DNA of 53,912 bases from Pseudorhizobium sp. (GTDB taxonomy: Bacteria; Pseudomonadota; Alphaproteobacteria; Rhizobiales; Rhizobiaceae), in the NCBI GenBank assembly GCA_035998065.1, contig DASYHX010000351.1, positions 1 through 53,912 of the forward strand, in the 5' to 3' direction. Under the pieces are notes generated by a model that saw nothing but the letters and a program-made list of their open reading frames with translations, was not told the origin of the DNA and ran no database searches. Below, one piece after another: positions 52,024-53,912 of the stretch. Numbering within the stretch: the stretch's first letter is position 1; every line of letters begins with the position of its first letter. The translations under genes and the position numbers were made by a program.

Positions 52024-53085
52024 ATGTCAGCACACGCACACGCCGATCATGGCCACGGCCATGATCATGATCACGACCATTCTCATACCCCGACGATCAC
52101 CAAGGATAACGAACGCAAGGTTCTCCTTTCGTTTGGTCTGATTGCCTCCTTCATGGTCGTCGAAGTGGTGGGCGGCCTCTGGTCCGGCTCGCTGGCGCTG
52201 CTGGCGGACGCCGGCCATATGATGACGGACGCGGCGGCACTTGCACTTGCATACGCCGCGTTCCGCTTCGGTCAGCGCTCCCCCGATGCGAAGCGCACCT
52301 TCGGCTACCTGCGCTTTGAGGTCGTTGCTGGACTGATCAACGCCGTTACCTTGTTCGCGATCGTCGGCTTCATCGTCTATGAAGCCTGGGAGCGTTTCAA
52401 TGAGCCGCAGCCAGTCATGGCTGCGCCGATGTTCGCCGTCGCGATTGCAGGCCTTCTGGTGAACATTCTGGTGTTCTGGATACTCACCCGCGGCGATAGC
52501 GAGCACGTCAACATCAAGGGCGCTGCGCTCCACGTCATGGGCGACCTGCTGGGTTCCGTCGGTGCTGTAGCTGCGGCCGTGGTGATCTATTACACTGCCT
52601 GGACGCCGATCGATCCGATCCTTTCCGTGGTTGTTTCGCTGCTCGTCCTGCGAAGCGCTTGGAAGCTTCTGGGCAAGTCGCTGCACATTCTGCTGGAAGG
52701 CGCGCCCGATGGCGTCTCGCCTGAAGAGATCGAGAGCCATATCCAGGATACGGTGCCGGGCGTCGTATCGCTCAGCCACATACACGTATGGTCGATCACC
52801 TCCGGGCGAACCCTCGCGACGATGCACGTCCGTCTAGCCGAAGGGTCTGATCCTCGCACGGTCGTACAGGCTGTCGAGCGGGAGCTTGTTGACCGCTTTG
52901 AGATCGAGCATCCGACGGTTGCCGTGGATTGGAGCGGTTCGGACGGTTGTAGCCTTTCGCCCGAACGGACCGCTGCTGCGCCTGCCAAAGCGCACCACGA
53001 TCATAGTGGCCACGATCATGGCCACGGCTCTGGCAAAAAGTCCACGTGCGGCGGGGGCGGTGGAAAGCACGCTCACGCCCACTAA
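52024..53085 (+). CDS. czcD: CzcD/ZitB-type CDF transporter with His-rich termini
   Basis: Motifs SLALLADAGHMMTD, TFGYLRFE, ALHVMGDLLGS and HIHVWSIT. Confidence 0.93.
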   Translation: MSAHAHADHGHGHDHDHDHSHTPTITKDNERKVLLSFGLIASFMVVEVVGGLWSGSLALLADAGHMMTDAAALALAYAAFRFGQRSPDAKRTFGYLRFEVVAGLINAVTLFAIVGFIVYEAWERFNEPQPVMAAPMFAVAIAGLLVNILVFWILTRGDSEHVNIKGAALHVMGDLLGSVGAVAAAVVIYYTAWTPIDPILSVVVSLLVLRSAWKLLGKSLHILLEGAPDGVSPEEIESHIQDTVPGVVSLSHIHVWSITSGRTLATMHVRLAEGSDPRTVVQAVERELVDRFEIEHPTVAVDWSGSDGCSLSPERTAAAPAKAHHDHSGHDHGHGSGKKSTCGGGGGKHAHAH

Positions 53086-53109
53086 CCGATCCGAGCCCCA
53101 CGCTCGGTT

Positions 53110-53150
53110 CCGTCGCCCCTGCCGCCCGAGTGCGGGGGCGACGGTTTCTC
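53110..53150 (+). terminator. Rho-independent terminator after czcD
   Basis: CCGTCGCCCCTGC-N9-GCGGGGGCGACGG followed by TTTCTC. Confidence 0.7.
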
Positions 53151-53246
53151 CCGGTCATCTGAGGTGGGAATACTTGGTGACGTTTCCGCCCTACGCTCTG
53201 GGTTACAGGCGCGGGAAATGCACCTGAAGCCAAGCGTCATAGGCTG

Positions 53247-53837
53247 TCAGGCTCCTCTATTGGCCACCGACTTCGTGATTATGTTGTCCCGCCACTCTGC
53301 GATTACAGGCAAGAGGTGTGAGAGTTCCAACGCTTGGCCGTCCAGAAGCACAGCCAACAAGTTGGCGCATGTATAGTCTTGCCAAGGGGTGACAGCCTCA
53401 ATCTGCTGAAGCGTCCGCAGCGCATTGCCTTTCAAATCACCGCCATCGGGTCCATTAAGGGTCTCGATCCACTCTTCCATGTGCTTCCAGTAATTTGCCG
53501 CCGCGTTGAGCGCCGCGGCAAACGACAGGCCGCCCTCCATTATTGGCGGCACCTTCAAAGCATCTGTCAGACTGATGCCCAGACCCGTTCGGGTAGCGGT
53601 AATGTACCGCTGGATCGCTATGAACCCGTGGCCTATAAAGTACTCGCCGGCGTCACAGAGCCCATCGGACTCCGGATCATGGGATGACGCGATTGAGGCA
53701 TTGATCTGACTGATCTCAATGTCCAGAAGTTTTAAGTGCCTGACAAGAAGCCCAAAATCCGCATCGGCGTAATCCGATCCGATCCTAATAATCGCCATGA
53801 TGCTCATAGCCGACTTCGGACCAGTAGGCAGCTTCAC
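53247..53837 (-). CDS. Hypothetical helical protein
   Basis: 196-aa ORF (start may be 53807 or 53798); motifs FIAIQRYI and NAAANYWKH. Confidence 0.7.
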   Translation of the reverse strand: MKLPTGPKSAMSIMAIIRIGSDYADADFGLLVRHLKLLDIEISQINASIASSHDPESDGLCDAGEYFIGHGFIAIQRYITATRTGLGISLTDALKVPPIMEGGLSFAAALNAAANYWKHMEEWIETLNGPDGGDLKGNALRTLQQIEAVTPWQDYTCANLLAVLLDGQALELSHLLPVIAEWRDNIITKSVANRGA

Positions 53838-53912
53838 GATCGGCCTTCAACTGGTCCAGCGAGGCTGGTATCATCGTAAAATCGAGATTGTACATCGGCA
53901 TCTGCCAAAATT

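Noticed and set aside
52044-53028. Direct repeat CGATCATGGCCACGGC near both ends of czcD
   Set aside because: Explained by DHGHG codons in the His-rich tails; not a mobile-element repeat.

Overview
This is a ~54 kb GC-rich accessory region from an alphaproteobacterium, most likely a sphingomonad plasmid or genomic island. That call is inferred from the gene families and the GTTC-N7-GTTC LexA boxes. No integrase, transposase, rep/tra gene, rRNA, tRNA or CRISPR array is visible. Modules in order: (1) an unknown membrane protein; (2) a CadR/PbrR-like MerR regulator with a divergent short CDF transporter; (3) a LysR-controlled operon of SDR, WrbA-RidA fusion and DMT; (4) a long minus-strand heavy-metal cluster (czcI-like, czcCBA, SRPBCC, CDF, zinc-ribbon protein, lipoprotein, bestrophin, TPP enzyme, ALDH); (5) a 995-aa RelA/SpoT-domain protein with variant synthetase motifs; (6) a LexA-boxed SOS module with imuA-imuB-dnaE2 and a Vsr-like nuclease; (7) a DUF5623-like gene behind a structured ~140-nt leader, then XRE and wHTH genes; (8) a coupled four-gene operon of unknown proteins; (9) a MexF/GesB-clade RND pump with unusual downstream genes; (10) a Fur-boxed efeUOB plus efeM iron uptake locus; (11) an AhpD-like gene, a His-rich CzcD and an unknown gene. 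The best novelty candidates are the large RelA/SpoT fusion, the structured leader with its DUF5623-like gene, the leaderless four-gene operon, and an ArsR/SmtB-type promoter-operator that occurs twice. All family calls come from motif recognition by eye; no database searches were run.
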